A DNA stretch of 64,000 nucleotides, from the NCBI GenBank assembly GCA_963745035.1, contig CAVUVW010000027.1, forward strand, positions 128,001 to 192,000, written 5' to 3'. This stretch comes from an uncultured delta proteobacterium. GTDB taxonomy: Bacteria; Desulfobacterota; Binatia; UBA9968. Below are positions 32,738 to 41,995 of the stretch, piece after piece. The position numbers and the translations under genes are program-made. Position 1 is the first letter of the stretch. Every line of letters begins with the position of its first letter. The notes below the pieces were generated by a model. That model worked only from the letters and a program-made list of their open reading frames with translations. It had not been told where the DNA came from and ran no database searches.

Positions 32738-34468
32738 ATGCCCCATCTCACCACAGACGTGCTTGTCATCGGCGCAGGCGGCGCCGGCATGTACGCGGCG
32801 ATCGCGGCGGCGCAGAACGGCGCGTCCGTTCTCTTGCTCGACAAAGGCCAGGTGGGACGCGGCGGCGCGACCATCATGGCGCAGATGACCGTGGCCGTAG
32901 CGTTAGGCGAGCAGGAGCCCGATTCCGTTGCACTTCATCTGGACGACACGCTGAAAGCCGGGCGCGGGCTGTGCAACGAAGAACTGTCGGCATTACTTTG
33001 TGAGGATGGCCCGAAGCGCATTCGGGAAATGGAAGAGTGGGGGACACGCTGGGCGCGGGAAGACGGCCACATCAAGCAGGAAATGGCGCCGGGCCACAGC
33101 GTCAAGCGTTGTTGTTACGTCGACTTTCTCAACACCGGCCCCGCCGTCGCCGCGACTTTGCGACGCAAAGTCGGCGAGATCCCGAAAAAATTCGCCGCAT
33201 CAGCAATCTCGCCGTGGTCGAAATTCTCGTCCGCGAACGGACGGGCGCTCGGCGCGATCGCACTCAATCTGATCGACGGCGACTTGATTACGATTCAAGC
33301 CAAGGCGGTGATTCTTGCCGCCGGTGGGCTGACGAAACTTTACGAACGCAACAGCGCATCGGCGAACATGGGCGGTGAAGCGTATGCGTTGGCGCTGTGG
33401 GCGGGCGCCGAGCTCGTCGATATGGAGTTCGTGCAGTTTTTTCCCATCGGCCATCTGGCGCCGCGTCTCGTCGGCATGGACCCGATCATGTGGGATCCGT
33501 TTCGCTACAAGCTCGGCGGCAAGCTGCTCAACGGGAAGTTCGAAGAATTCATCGACCGCTACGGCAGCACGGACTTCGGCAAGTACAACGCCACCCGCGA
33601 CGTCGCGGCCTACGCGATCCTCAAAGAAGTCGAAGCCGGTCGCGGCACGGCGCATGGCGGCGCTTATCTCGATTTCCGCCACATTGCGGAATCGGACCTT
33701 CGCGACGCTTTCGGCCCGGTGATCGATCGCCTGCTCGCTAACGGCATCGATCTCACGCGAACGCCGGTCGAAGTCGGGCCGATGGCGCACTACCACATGG
33801 GCGGGATTCGCGTCGATGTGAACATGCGGACGCGGGTCGAAGGGCTCTACGCTGCCGGCGAGGCCGTCGGCGGCGCCAACGGCGCCAATCGTCTTGTCCG
33901 GAAACGCGATCACCGAGGCATTCGTGTTTGGCGCGCGCGCCGGGTGAGACCGCAGCAGAACGAGGCAAAGCGGACGCGAGCTGAATGGGATGAGAGCCTC
34001 GCCGAGCGAGGCGCTGGAGCGGTTGAAAGCTTTTGCGCAGCAATCTCGCAAGTAGACGGTGTCCCGCCGATCGCGCTGCAAACCGAACTGCAAAAGCTCA
34101 TGTGGGAGCAAGCGGGGCCGTTTCGCACCGGCGAGAAGCTGGCGGCCGCGCTTGTCGCGCATCGAAGAGATGCAGCGGAAAGATTTGCCGCATGCTTCGA
34201 ATCGCGTTGGCGTGCGCGGCAGTTCAATCTCGATTTGCACGACGCATTCGAGCTGCGCGCGATGCTGCTGACTGCCGAGGCGGTCGTTCGTTCCGCGTTC
34301 GCGCGCCCCGAAAGCCGTGGCGCCCATCAGCGCGAAGATTTTCCGAATACCGATAACCGCTGTCTCAAAAATCAAGTGGTGGAGCTGCGAGAAGGCGAAT
34401 TACAAACTCGCTGGATTGCGCCGGTTCGGATCGATCGGAGCACAGATAGCTCATGGCTAACCAAATGA
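32738..34468 (+). CDS. SdhA/FrdA/NadB-family flavoprotein with internal compensating frameshifts
   Basis: IGAGGAG, DMEFVQFFP, RDV, HYHMGG, AAGE, GANRL, ESRGAH. Confidence 0.85.
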   Translation: MPHLTTDVLVIGAGGAGMYAAIAAAQNGASVLLLDKGQVGRGGATIMAQMTVAVALGEQEPDSVALHLDDTLKAGRGLCNEELSALLCEDGPKRIREMEEWGTRWAREDGHIKQEMAPGHSVKRCCYVDFLNTGPAVAATLRRKVGEIPKKFAASAISPWSKFSSANGRALGAIALNLIDGDLITIQAKAVILAAGGLTKLYERNSASANMGGEAYALALWAGAELVDMEFVQFFPIGHLAPRLVGMDPIMWDPFRYKLGGKLLNGKFEEFIDRYGSTDFGKYNATRDVAAYAILKEVEAGRGTAHGGAYLDFRHIAESDLRDAFGPVIDRLLANGIDLTRTPVEVGPMAHYHMGGIRVDVNMRTRVEGLYAAGEAVGGANGANRLVRKRDHRGIRVWRARRVRPQQNEAKRTRAEWDESLAERGAGAVESFCAAISQVDGVPPIALQTELQKLMWEQAGPFRTGEKLAAALVAHRRDAAERFAACFESRWRARQFNLDLHDAFELRAMLLTAEAVVRSAFARPESRGAHQREDFPNTDNRCLKNQVVELREGELQTRWIAPVRIDRSTDSSWLTK

Positions 34469-34795
34469 ACAAGACAGCCCATCTTCGTGTCAGCCGCGGC
34501 GCGCCTGGCGAAGAAAGGCATTACGATCGAATTCGAGGTGCCGTACGAAGACGGCATGTCCGTGCTCGACGCGCTGCGCTGGATTCGCACTCATCGCGAT
34601 AGCAGCCTGGCGATTCGCTACAGCTGCATCAACGCCAACGCCTGCAAGACCTGCATGGCGCTGGTCAACGGCGAAGTCGAGTATACGTGCATCGCCAAGC
34701 TGGCGCCCGGCGTCGTCACGGTTGAGCCGTTACCGAAGCGGCCGCTGATTCGAGACCTGGTGACGGATGTGATTCCTGAGGATGAGAAGTTGTAA
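34453..34795 (+). CDS. 2Fe-2S protein (SdhB N-terminal domain only), frameshift near 34529
   Basis: FEVPYEDGMSVLDAL, SCINANACKTC...C, EPL...IRDLV. Confidence 0.8.
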
Positions 34796-34862
34796 GCCGT
34801 TGCTCTTTCTTTCGAGTGCGTGAAACGCACTGCTCAAATCGATGTTTCTTTCCGGAACCCGC

Positions 34863-34894
34863 ATTCCAAGACTCCAGTACTCCACCACTCCAGC
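34863..34894. repeat. 8-nt ACTCCAnn x4 tandem repeat
   Basis: ATTCCAAG ACTCCAGT ACTCCACC ACTCCAGC, between convergent genes. Confidence 0.65.
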
Positions 34895-34903
34895 CGCTTG
34901 AAT

Positions 34904-35794
34904 TTATGCCAATCCCATTAGCCGCGCTGGATTGATTGCGGCGACTTGATTCACCTCGCCCTGGCTCAAGCCCCCCTCGTGCAGCATGCCGAGGTACATG
35001 CGGAAGAGTTCTGCTGGGTTTGGGCTGTACGGGCGAAAGTAGTCGGTGCTGGCGATGATTTGCCGCAGGCCGACTTCGCGGAATTGTTTGACGAGCTCCG
35101 GCGAGTCCATCCGGCCCGGGGCCAGAGCGTTCCAACAGGCTTCGAGGAATGCGCCCATCTCGGCGGCGCGCTTCATCGCGTCCACGGGCATCGCGATGAT
35201 GTGGCTCTGCACGTGATTGACGACGATCCGGTGGCTGTAGCCCATGTCGCGCGCGGCTTTGATGAATTCCAAAGATTCCTGCCACGACACGTGGCCCATG
35301 CCGAGAGTGATATCGTTCGCTTTGCAGGCTTCGATGATTTCGTAGCCGCGCGGGATGAGCTTTCCTTTGTCGTCGAGGAAATAGTAATTGGGATTCTCCA
35401 GTTTGGCGTGGCTTTTATAGTACGACTTGATGCGGGCGCTGAAGCCTTTGCGCTCGACGTCGTTGCGCGCGCTCCAAGTCGGCAAAAAAACCATTTTGCC
35501 GCCGAGTTCGGCACAGGCTTCGATGATGCAGGGATTCGGCCCGCCCGCAGTGCTGTTGAGCGCGACGCTCGACCATAGCGCGACTTTGGTTTCCACCGAT
35601 GAAAGAATGTACGGCACGACGTTGACCGTCGGCCACCAGTGCGATTTCAGCACGACGCCGCGCATGCCCATCGCCTCGGCTTTGGGCAGCCAGAGAAACT
35701 CCGGCTCACGCTTGCGCTCTTTGGCGGAAAATTCGAAGTCGATATGGCAGTGGACATCGATCGCGCCTTGCATCATGTCGTCGTAAAGAGTCAT
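34904..35794 (-). CDS. Amidohydrolase-like metalloprotein (DUF6282-like)
   Basis: GAIDVHCH, GVVLKSH, GGPNP, GHVS, NH, STD. Confidence 0.7.
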   Translation of the reverse strand: MTLYDDMMQGAIDVHCHIDFEFSAKERKREPEFLWLPKAEAMGMRGVVLKSHWWPTVNVVPYILSSVETKVALWSSVALNSTAGGPNPCIIEACAELGGKMVFLPTWSARNDVERKGFSARIKSYYKSHAKLENPNYYFLDDKGKLIPRGYEIIEACKANDITLGMGHVSWQESLEFIKAARDMGYSHRIVVNHVQSHIIAMPVDAMKRAAEMGAFLEACWNALAPGRMDSPELVKQFREVGLRQIIASTDYFRPYSPNPAELFRMYLGMLHEGGLSQGEVNQVAAINPARLMGLA

Positions 35795-35811
35795 GTTGCC
35801 GCTCAAAGCAG

Positions 35812-35876
35812 GTGAGAAGTGAGGAGTAGAAGTTAGGAGCAAAGAGCGTCGGAGAATCACCTTACTCCTGACTCTT
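35812..35876. repeat. Degenerate 7-nt GTgAGgA repeats with an inverted CTnACTC arm
   Basis: GTGAGAA GTGAGGA GTAGAA GTTAGGA ... CTTACTC CTGACTC. Confidence 0.5.
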
Positions 35877-35895
35877 GTTGTTACACGTGTACTCG

Positions 35896-37188
35896 TCACG
35901 ACACGATTGTCAGACGCTCGGAGCGGGCGCCGCCGCAGCAGCGTTTATACTTCTTGCCGCTGCCGCAAGGGCAGGGATCGTTTCGTCCGGCTTGGCGGAC
36001 GGAAGCTTTTGCGTCCGCGGCGCGAACGATCTCCATCAACTTTTCGATCGGCTCGCCGGCCTCGACCAGCTCGGCGAATTTTTGAAAATACGGCTTGCTG
36101 TGGCCGAAGAATGACTTGAGGCCGGCGCAAAGATAGTTGAGCCCGTCTTCGCCGGACGGCGTCTTGATGATCCGGTCCTTGGGGCAGCCGCCGTTGCACA
36201 TGCTCAACACTTCGCACTCGCGGCAATACTTCGGCAGGCTGGTCCACTTGGCCTGGCCGAACTCGCGCTGCTTCGGATCTTCGACCATGTCCGCGAGCGG
36301 GCGATCGTGGATGTTGCCGATTTTGTACTCGGGCGTCACGTAATGATCGCAGGAATAGAAGTCGCCGTTGTGCTCGACCACCGGCACGTCGCCGCAGGTT
36401 TCGCGGTAAATGCACAGCGCGTGCTCCATGCCGAGAAACGGCCGCACCGATTCGTCGAAGAGTTGGATGAAAATCTTGCCGATATCGTGGCGCACCCATT
36501 CGTCGAAAATCGTGTTCAGAAATTTTCCATAGGCCGCGGCCGGCACCGAGCGCTTGTGGACGGGATTGGCCGGGTCGCCGGTTTTTTCGACCAGCGGCAG
36601 GAATTGCAAATACTGCCCGCCGATCTCCTTCAAGTAGCGATAGACTTGGGTCGGATATTTGACGTTGACGTCGTGGACGACGGTAAGCAGATCGACGTGC
36701 ACCTTGGCGCGCCGGAGCATGTGAAAAGCCTGGACGACTTGCTTGTGGGTCGGCTTCTGCCCCTTGGTGACGCGGTAGTGGTCGTGCAGCTCGCGCGGTC
36801 CGTCGAGGCTGAGGCCGATATAAAAATTTTCCTTGGCGAGAAACTCGCACCATTCGTCGTCGATGGTTGTGCCGTTGGTCTGAATGCCGTTGATGATTTT
36901 TTTGTCCGGCGGCAGATGCTTTTTCTGCAGCGCGACCGCCTTGCGGAAAAAATCGACGCCGAGCAAGGTCGGCTCGCCGCCGTGCCAGGAAAAGCTGACG
37001 GTTTCTCCGGGCGTCGCCTGGATATGCTGGATGATGTAGCGCTCGAGGGTTTCATCGTCGAGGCGGAAGTTGGTGCCCTTGGGATAGAGATTCTCTTTGT
37101 CGAGATAATAGCAATAGTGGCAATCGAGGTTGCAAATCGCCCCGATCGTCTTGACCATGATCTGAAACTCACGCGCCGCGGTTTCCAT
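35896..37188 (-). CDS. Anaerobic sulfatase maturase-type radical SAM/SPASM protein with C-terminal SEC-C motif
   Basis: CNLDCHYCYY, WHGGEPTL, QTNG, YSCDH, CNGGCPK, GRNDPCPCGSGKKYKRCC. Confidence 0.9.
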   Translation of the reverse strand: METAAREFQIMVKTIGAICNLDCHYCYYLDKENLYPKGTNFRLDDETLERYIIQHIQATPGETVSFSWHGGEPTLLGVDFFRKAVALQKKHLPPDKKIINGIQTNGTTIDDEWCEFLAKENFYIGLSLDGPRELHDHYRVTKGQKPTHKQVVQAFHMLRRAKVHVDLLTVVHDVNVKYPTQVYRYLKEIGGQYLQFLPLVEKTGDPANPVHKRSVPAAAYGKFLNTIFDEWVRHDIGKIFIQLFDESVRPFLGMEHALCIYRETCGDVPVVEHNGDFYSCDHYVTPEYKIGNIHDRPLADMVEDPKQREFGQAKWTSLPKYCRECEVLSMCNGGCPKDRIIKTPSGEDGLNYLCAGLKSFFGHSKPYFQKFAELVEAGEPIEKLMEIVRAADAKASVRQAGRNDPCPCGSGKKYKRCCGGARSERLTIVS

Positions 37189-37326
37189 GCTGAGGACTCT
37201 ACTCAAAAACGCCTGCGAAGTCACCACCCGCCGGGCCGTTTCGAACCCGAGGGTTCTCCCGGATAGTTGACAGATCGGCGGATTGCCATGAGAATTGCCA
37301 ATGGGCCACTCACACGACGTCAGTCC

Positions 37327-37764
37327 ATGAATTATCTCGCGGTTCTTCCAATCTTTGTGGCGTTTAGCATCTACGGCAGCGAGGCTCTTGCCTGCACCTG
37401 CCTTGCCCCTATAGGGCCGGCCGAGGGACTCAAGCGATCGACCGCGGTATTCACAGGAAGGGTGAGCACAATCAGCCGGCCGTTTCTGGACCGTGTCGGA
37501 CTAAAAAATAGCGGAGGGTACTGGGTTGGATTCGAAGTCGCCAAGCAATGGAAGGGCGCGGCGGCGAAAAGTGCAGAAGTTTTCACGCGCCTAACCGGCG
37601 AGGCTTGCGGGTTTCCCTTCGAGCTGAACAAAGAGTATCTCGTCTATGTGGTGACGGAACCCAGCGACCTCCAGACCGGTATTTGCACCGGAACCAAGAA
37701 CATCGCCGATGCGGAACAGGAGATGAAACAACTGGACGAGATGGTTGCCCGAGGCGTGAAATGA
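37327..37764 (+). CDS. Secreted TIMP N-domain-like protein
   Basis: Signal peptide ALA|CTC, AVFTGRV, CGFPFELNKEYLVY, IC. Confidence 0.6.
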   Translation: MNYLAVLPIFVAFSIYGSEALACTCLAPIGPAEGLKRSTAVFTGRVSTISRPFLDRVGLKNSGGYWVGFEVAKQWKGAAAKSAEVFTRLTGEACGFPFELNKEYLVYVVTEPSDLQTGICTGTKNIADAEQEMKQLDEMVARGVK

Positions 37765-37765
37765 A

Positions 37766-38320
37766 GTGAATTTCACCGTTAAACAGAAGGGTGTGGTTCG
37801 TGGTGTCGTGCCGGCGGCGATCATCACACTGGCGGGGCTGTGCGGTGTCTCGCTTTTGATTCCGATGGACGTGCTGCCGGCGGACGAGGCAGGCGCGAGG
37901 CTTGCCTGGGCTTTGCGATGGTCTCTCATTCCGGTTCTCGCGCTGGTCATCGCCATAGCGCGGGTTGGAAATTTCCGCTTCTCTTCGCCTCAGGATATCG
38001 ATGGGAGCGGTCTGACGAACGCATCGCCGCAAATCCAGATTCTTCGGGCCGTGCTGCAAAATACACTGGAGCAAACAGTATTGGCGGTTGGGACCTATCT
38101 GATTTGGGCAGCGGCGATGCCGCACCGGTGGCTGAGAGTCATTCCGGTGGCGGCGATGCTCTTCATCGGCGGGCGTGTGCTCTTTGCCCGCGGATACAGC
38201 AAAGGCGCCGGCGGAAGAGCAATGGGATTCGGACTGACCATGTATGGAACGGCAGGGATGCTTGCCACGGTCACGCTTGTTCTGTCCTATCGCCTTTTGG
38301 CATGGGCCATTATGCAATAG
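37766..38320 (+). CDS. MAPEG-family membrane protein
   Basis: LQNTLEQ, F..GRVLF..GY, RAMGF; about 4-5 TM helices. Confidence 0.7.
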   Translation: MNFTVKQKGVVRGVVPAAIITLAGLCGVSLLIPMDVLPADEAGARLAWALRWSLIPVLALVIAIARVGNFRFSSPQDIDGSGLTNASPQIQILRAVLQNTLEQTVLAVGTYLIWAAAMPHRWLRVIPVAAMLFIGGRVLFARGYSKGAGGRAMGFGLTMYGTAGMLATVTLVLSYRLLAWAIMQ

Positions 38321-38334
38321 CAACGTATGTCGAC

Positions 38335-39096
38335 ATGACAACAATAGCCAGAACCAGTGCCGGCGACTTCTTCGACGAATGGTCGATTTACGACCAAATC
38401 CTGACCCATAACTACATGTACCACGATGATATCTTCGAGGACGTGAGGCAATTTCTCGCCGATCGTTATGCTGACGAGCGATTCAGTATCATAGATCTCG
38501 GCTGCGGCAGCGCACGTCACTTGGCGCGCGCTCTGGAAGGCCGCTCGGTCAGCGGTTATGCTGGGATACGATCTTTCGGACGAGGCGCTCCAGCACGCTC
38601 AAAAGAATCTCAGTTTTCTCGATTGCCCGGTCGATTTGCGGCACGGGGACTTGCTGGATGGGGTTAAGAATTCGGCGAGAGTTGGGATCTCGTCTTCAGC
38701 AGCTTCGCGCTGCACCACCTTTCCGCTGCGCAAAAAGCGGATTTTCTAGCTGCCTCTTATCGGCGGCTCAATCCCGATGGAATCTGTCTGGTGATCGACA
38801 CGATGCGCGATGACGGCGAGGACCGCGCGACTTACCTCGATCGATATTGCGCCTGGCTCGGCTCACGCTGCGAATCTCTGTCAGCGGACACATTAAAGCA
38901 TGTTTTCGCTCACATCCGGGCGAACGATTTTCCGGAAAGCCAAAAGGACTTTGAAGAGATGGCGGTCCGCGCGGGCTTCGCTCGCAAGACCGAGATCAGC
39001 TCGATATCGCTGGCATCACGGCTGGTGCTTGAGCAAAGGCGAAAGAGTAACGATCTGCCCTCGGCGCTGCGGCGCGCTTTGTCATTGCAATCGTAG
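38335..39096 (+). CDS. Class I SAM-dependent methyltransferase, multiply frameshifted
   Basis: IDLGCGSA, GYDLS, SSFALHHL, LNPDG, DFPE spread across three frames; end uncertain. Confidence 0.65.
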
Positions 39097-39167
39097 AGTT
39101 TACCAGGCTATTAAAACACATGACTCGCGAGTGTGCTTGTTGCCCTACCGCGGGCAGGAGGGAAGCG

Positions 39168-40509
39168 ATGATTCGGATCGTTCACATCGTCAACCAGTTT
39201 TTCGCCGGTATCGGTGGTGAAGACAAGGCCGGGGTAGGGGTTGGTGTGACCGCCGGGGCCGCAGGCGCAGCGCGCGGGCTCGAAGCGCAGCTTGGCGGCC
39301 GTGGCCAAGTCATCGCGACCATCCATTTCGGTGACAATTACTTTCACGAGCAAAAGCAAGAGGCGCTGGCGGCGATACTCGCCGAAGTGGAAAAGCAAAA
39401 AGCGGACGTGGTCGTTGTCGGTCCGGCCTTCAATGCCGGACGCTACGGGCTGGCTTGCGTGGAGATTTGCCAGGGTATCAGCGAACGCCTCGGCCTAGCA
39501 TGCGTGACGGGTATGGAGCCGGAGAATCCCGCCGTTAGTCTGTATCGAGATGCCCACAACGAGAAAGTGTTCCTGTTTCCAACCGCCGAGACGACGGCGG
39601 GAATGGCCAGTGCTTTGAAAGTTGTTACGCCGTTTGCCTGCCGTGTTGCCCTCGGTGAAAAGATCGGTACAGCGGACGCCGAAGGTTATGTAGCGCGCGG
39701 CATTCGCCGCCTGACCCAAGTGGATCGACCGGCGGTCGATCGCGCCATCGACATGCTGCTCGCCAAGGTTGCGGGCGAGCCGTTCCAAACTGAAGTGCCG
39801 ATGGAAGTCTGGGACAAGGTCGCGCCCGCTGCGCCGCTGCCCGATGCGGCTGCCGCCAATCTCGCAGTCATCTGCACAGGCGGCGTGGTGCCGTGGGGCA
39901 ATCCGGACGGGTTCAAAACCTACCGCAACACCTTCTGGCGCAAATACAATTTCGCCGAGCTGAAATCGCTCGACGTCGGGCAAGTGGGAAGCGGTGCACG
40001 GCGGCTACAACGTCGCCTTCATGAATCAGAATCCGCATTACGGCATGCCGCTCGACGCGCTGCGTTCGCTGGAAAGCGAAGGCAAGATCGGCGCCGGCAA
40101 ATTGTATCCCGCCTACTACGTCATCCCGGGCAATCAAGGCTCACCCGCAGTCATGCGCCGCGTCGGCCAGGAGATCGGCGCCGACTTGAAGAAAGAGGGG
40201 ATCGACGGCGTACTGCTCGTCGCCACGTGAGGAACCTGCAGTCGCAGCGGCGCTGTGATTAGCAAGGAACTCGATCGAGCAGGACTTCCAGTAGCGATGA
40301 TCAGCGCCATGTATCCGGTGGCGGAGCAGGTCGGCGCGAGCCGCATCGTCAAAGCAGTTGCCATTCCTCATCCGTGCGGTGATCCGAGTCTACCCGCGGA
40401 CCTCGACGGCCAATTACGCCGCGAAATCGTCGCGACGGCTCTCAAAGCTCTCGAACAAAAGGTGGATACGTCCACCGTCTTCGCGCCGAAGATCGCCGCG
40501 AGCGCATAG
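39168..40509 (+). CDS. grdB: Glycine/sarcosine/betaine reductase selenoprotein B family (Sec at UGA 40228-40230; +1 frameshift near 39980)
   Basis: NQFFAGIGGEDKA, GPAFNAGRYG, GGVVP.GNPD, HGGY, LVAT-U-GTCSRSGA, IPHPCGDP; ~446 aa after correction. Confidence 0.9.
40235..40267 (+). promoter_or_regulatory. Candidate bacterial SECIS hairpin
   Basis: cctgc-AGTCGCAGC-ggc-GCTGTGATT-a-gca-a-gg; G-initiated apical loop about 18 nt after the UGA. Confidence 0.7.
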
Positions 40510-40595
40510 GTGCTGAACGCGATCGTAGGCGTGATTCGTGTTCCGAAACAAACGGCAAGGCTCCGCGCGCTTAAATTTTACCGCTAGGAAATACC

Positions 40596-41900
40596 ATGCG
40601 CCTTGAGTTAGCGGAGTTTCCCGTTACGAGCATCTCGATCGGCGAGCGGTTTCATTATGATTCCGCTGAGCTGACGGTGGACCGCGCCGCCATCGAGCAG
40701 GCAGTCTTGGCAGAAAAGCGCATCGAAGCGGCGTGGCTCGAAGTGGTCGCGCCCGGCGATCGAGTCAGGATCACCGGCATTCGCGACGTCGTCGAGCCGC
40801 GCGTGAAAGTGCGCGGCGGCGGACAAGTATTCCCCGGCGTGCTCGGACCAGTCGAGGCGGTTGGCGAAGGCTGCACGCACCGGCTCTCCGGCATGGCGGT
40901 GTTCGTCACGGCGGAATACGAGGGCACGGTACGCGCCGGTCTCGGCGTGCAGCGGAGCGCTATCCTCGACATGTGGGGCGAGGGCGCGGCTGCTTCACCG
41001 TTCAGCGCCTTGCGCGGCGTGGTGCTCAACTTACGATTGGCGCCGGGCCTTTCCGAATTGACCGCCCACGCGATCATCCAGCGCGCCGCTTTCGAGACGG
41101 CAAAAAAATTGGCGGAAACGACTGTCGGCCTGACTCCCGCGAAGACGGAGGTCTTCGAACTCGGCGGCGCAGCGCCGGAACTGCCCAAGGTGCTGCTGAT
41201 TCAGGGTTGCCTCACCGACAGCCCTAATCCGCACTCCGGCGTGAGCTACTTCGGCTTGCCGATCCGCGATTCACTGGCGACGGTGATTCATCCCAACGAA
41301 TTTCTCGACGGCGCTTTTGCGATGTACGCCACCCGGTGCATCGCGTATTTTCCGGTCACTTGGGATTGGCAGAATCATCCGCTTCTGCTCGGCCTGTACC
41401 GCGCCCATCGGCGCCAGGTGAATTTCCTCGGAGTCATTCTGGAGCGGATTCGCTACGACACGTTTCACGGCAAGGAAGTCATCGCGCACAACACCGCGCA
41501 GCTTGCCACGCAGCTCGGCGCGGAGGCGGCGCTGATTTCGTGGCTCGGTTCCGGAAACGCTTTCGTCGACGTGATGCTGACATTGCGCGCCTGTGAGCAG
41601 CGCGGCATCAAGACCAACTTGGTCACTTACGAGTACGGCGGCAAAGATGGAGTGGACTCGCCGCTGCTGTTTTATACCGGGGAAGCGGACGCGATCACCA
41701 GCACCGGCAGCCGCGATCGCTGGATCGACCTGCCGGAGGCCGAGAGAATCGTCGGCCCCTACGAAGAGATCAAAGTGCTCAGCTATCCCGGTGCGCCGCT
41801 GACGCCGGCGCGCGGGCGTTTTACTCTCGATGCGCGCGACATGATTCTCGGCGGGGTGGATTATTGGGGCAGAGGCAATTGGACGTGCGCCGCCTATTAA
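40596..41900 (+). CDS. Glycine/sarcosine/betaine reductase component B proprotein-like (GrdE/GrdI family), copy 1
   Basis: MRLEL, PGDRVRI..IRDVVEPRVKV, THRLSG, HPNEFLDGA, QNHP, GN..VD. Confidence 0.85.
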   Translation: MRLELAEFPVTSISIGERFHYDSAELTVDRAAIEQAVLAEKRIEAAWLEVVAPGDRVRITGIRDVVEPRVKVRGGGQVFPGVLGPVEAVGEGCTHRLSGMAVFVTAEYEGTVRAGLGVQRSAILDMWGEGAAASPFSALRGVVLNLRLAPGLSELTAHAIIQRAAFETAKKLAETTVGLTPAKTEVFELGGAAPELPKVLLIQGCLTDSPNPHSGVSYFGLPIRDSLATVIHPNEFLDGAFAMYATRCIAYFPVTWDWQNHPLLLGLYRAHRRQVNFLGVILERIRYDTFHGKEVIAHNTAQLATQLGAEAALISWLGSGNAFVDVMLTLRACEQRGIKTNLVTYEYGGKDGVDSPLLFYTGEADAITSTGSRDRWIDLPEAERIVGPYEEIKVLSYPGAPLTPARGRFTLDARDMILGGVDYWGRGNWTCAAY

Positions 41901-41995
41901 GAAGATTAGTTCAGAGCTCATTCAGGCCGCTCAAGGTGTTTCCGATTCCAGCTAGCGTAGGCGGGTAAAAATATTTGATGGAGGATTGTCATTAG

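Noticed and set aside
32738-34795. Respiratory succinate dehydrogenase sdhAB
   Set aside because: No covalent-FAD His, no 4Fe-4S/3Fe-4S domain and no membrane anchor.
37267-39100. Integron cassette array (run of small co-directional accessory genes)
   Set aside because: The genes abut with no attC-like palindromes, and no integrase is present.
40228-40230. TGA as a true stop or sequencing error
   Set aside because: It falls exactly in the family's T-U-G-T-C motif, the reading frame continues with conserved sequence, and a hairpin follows.
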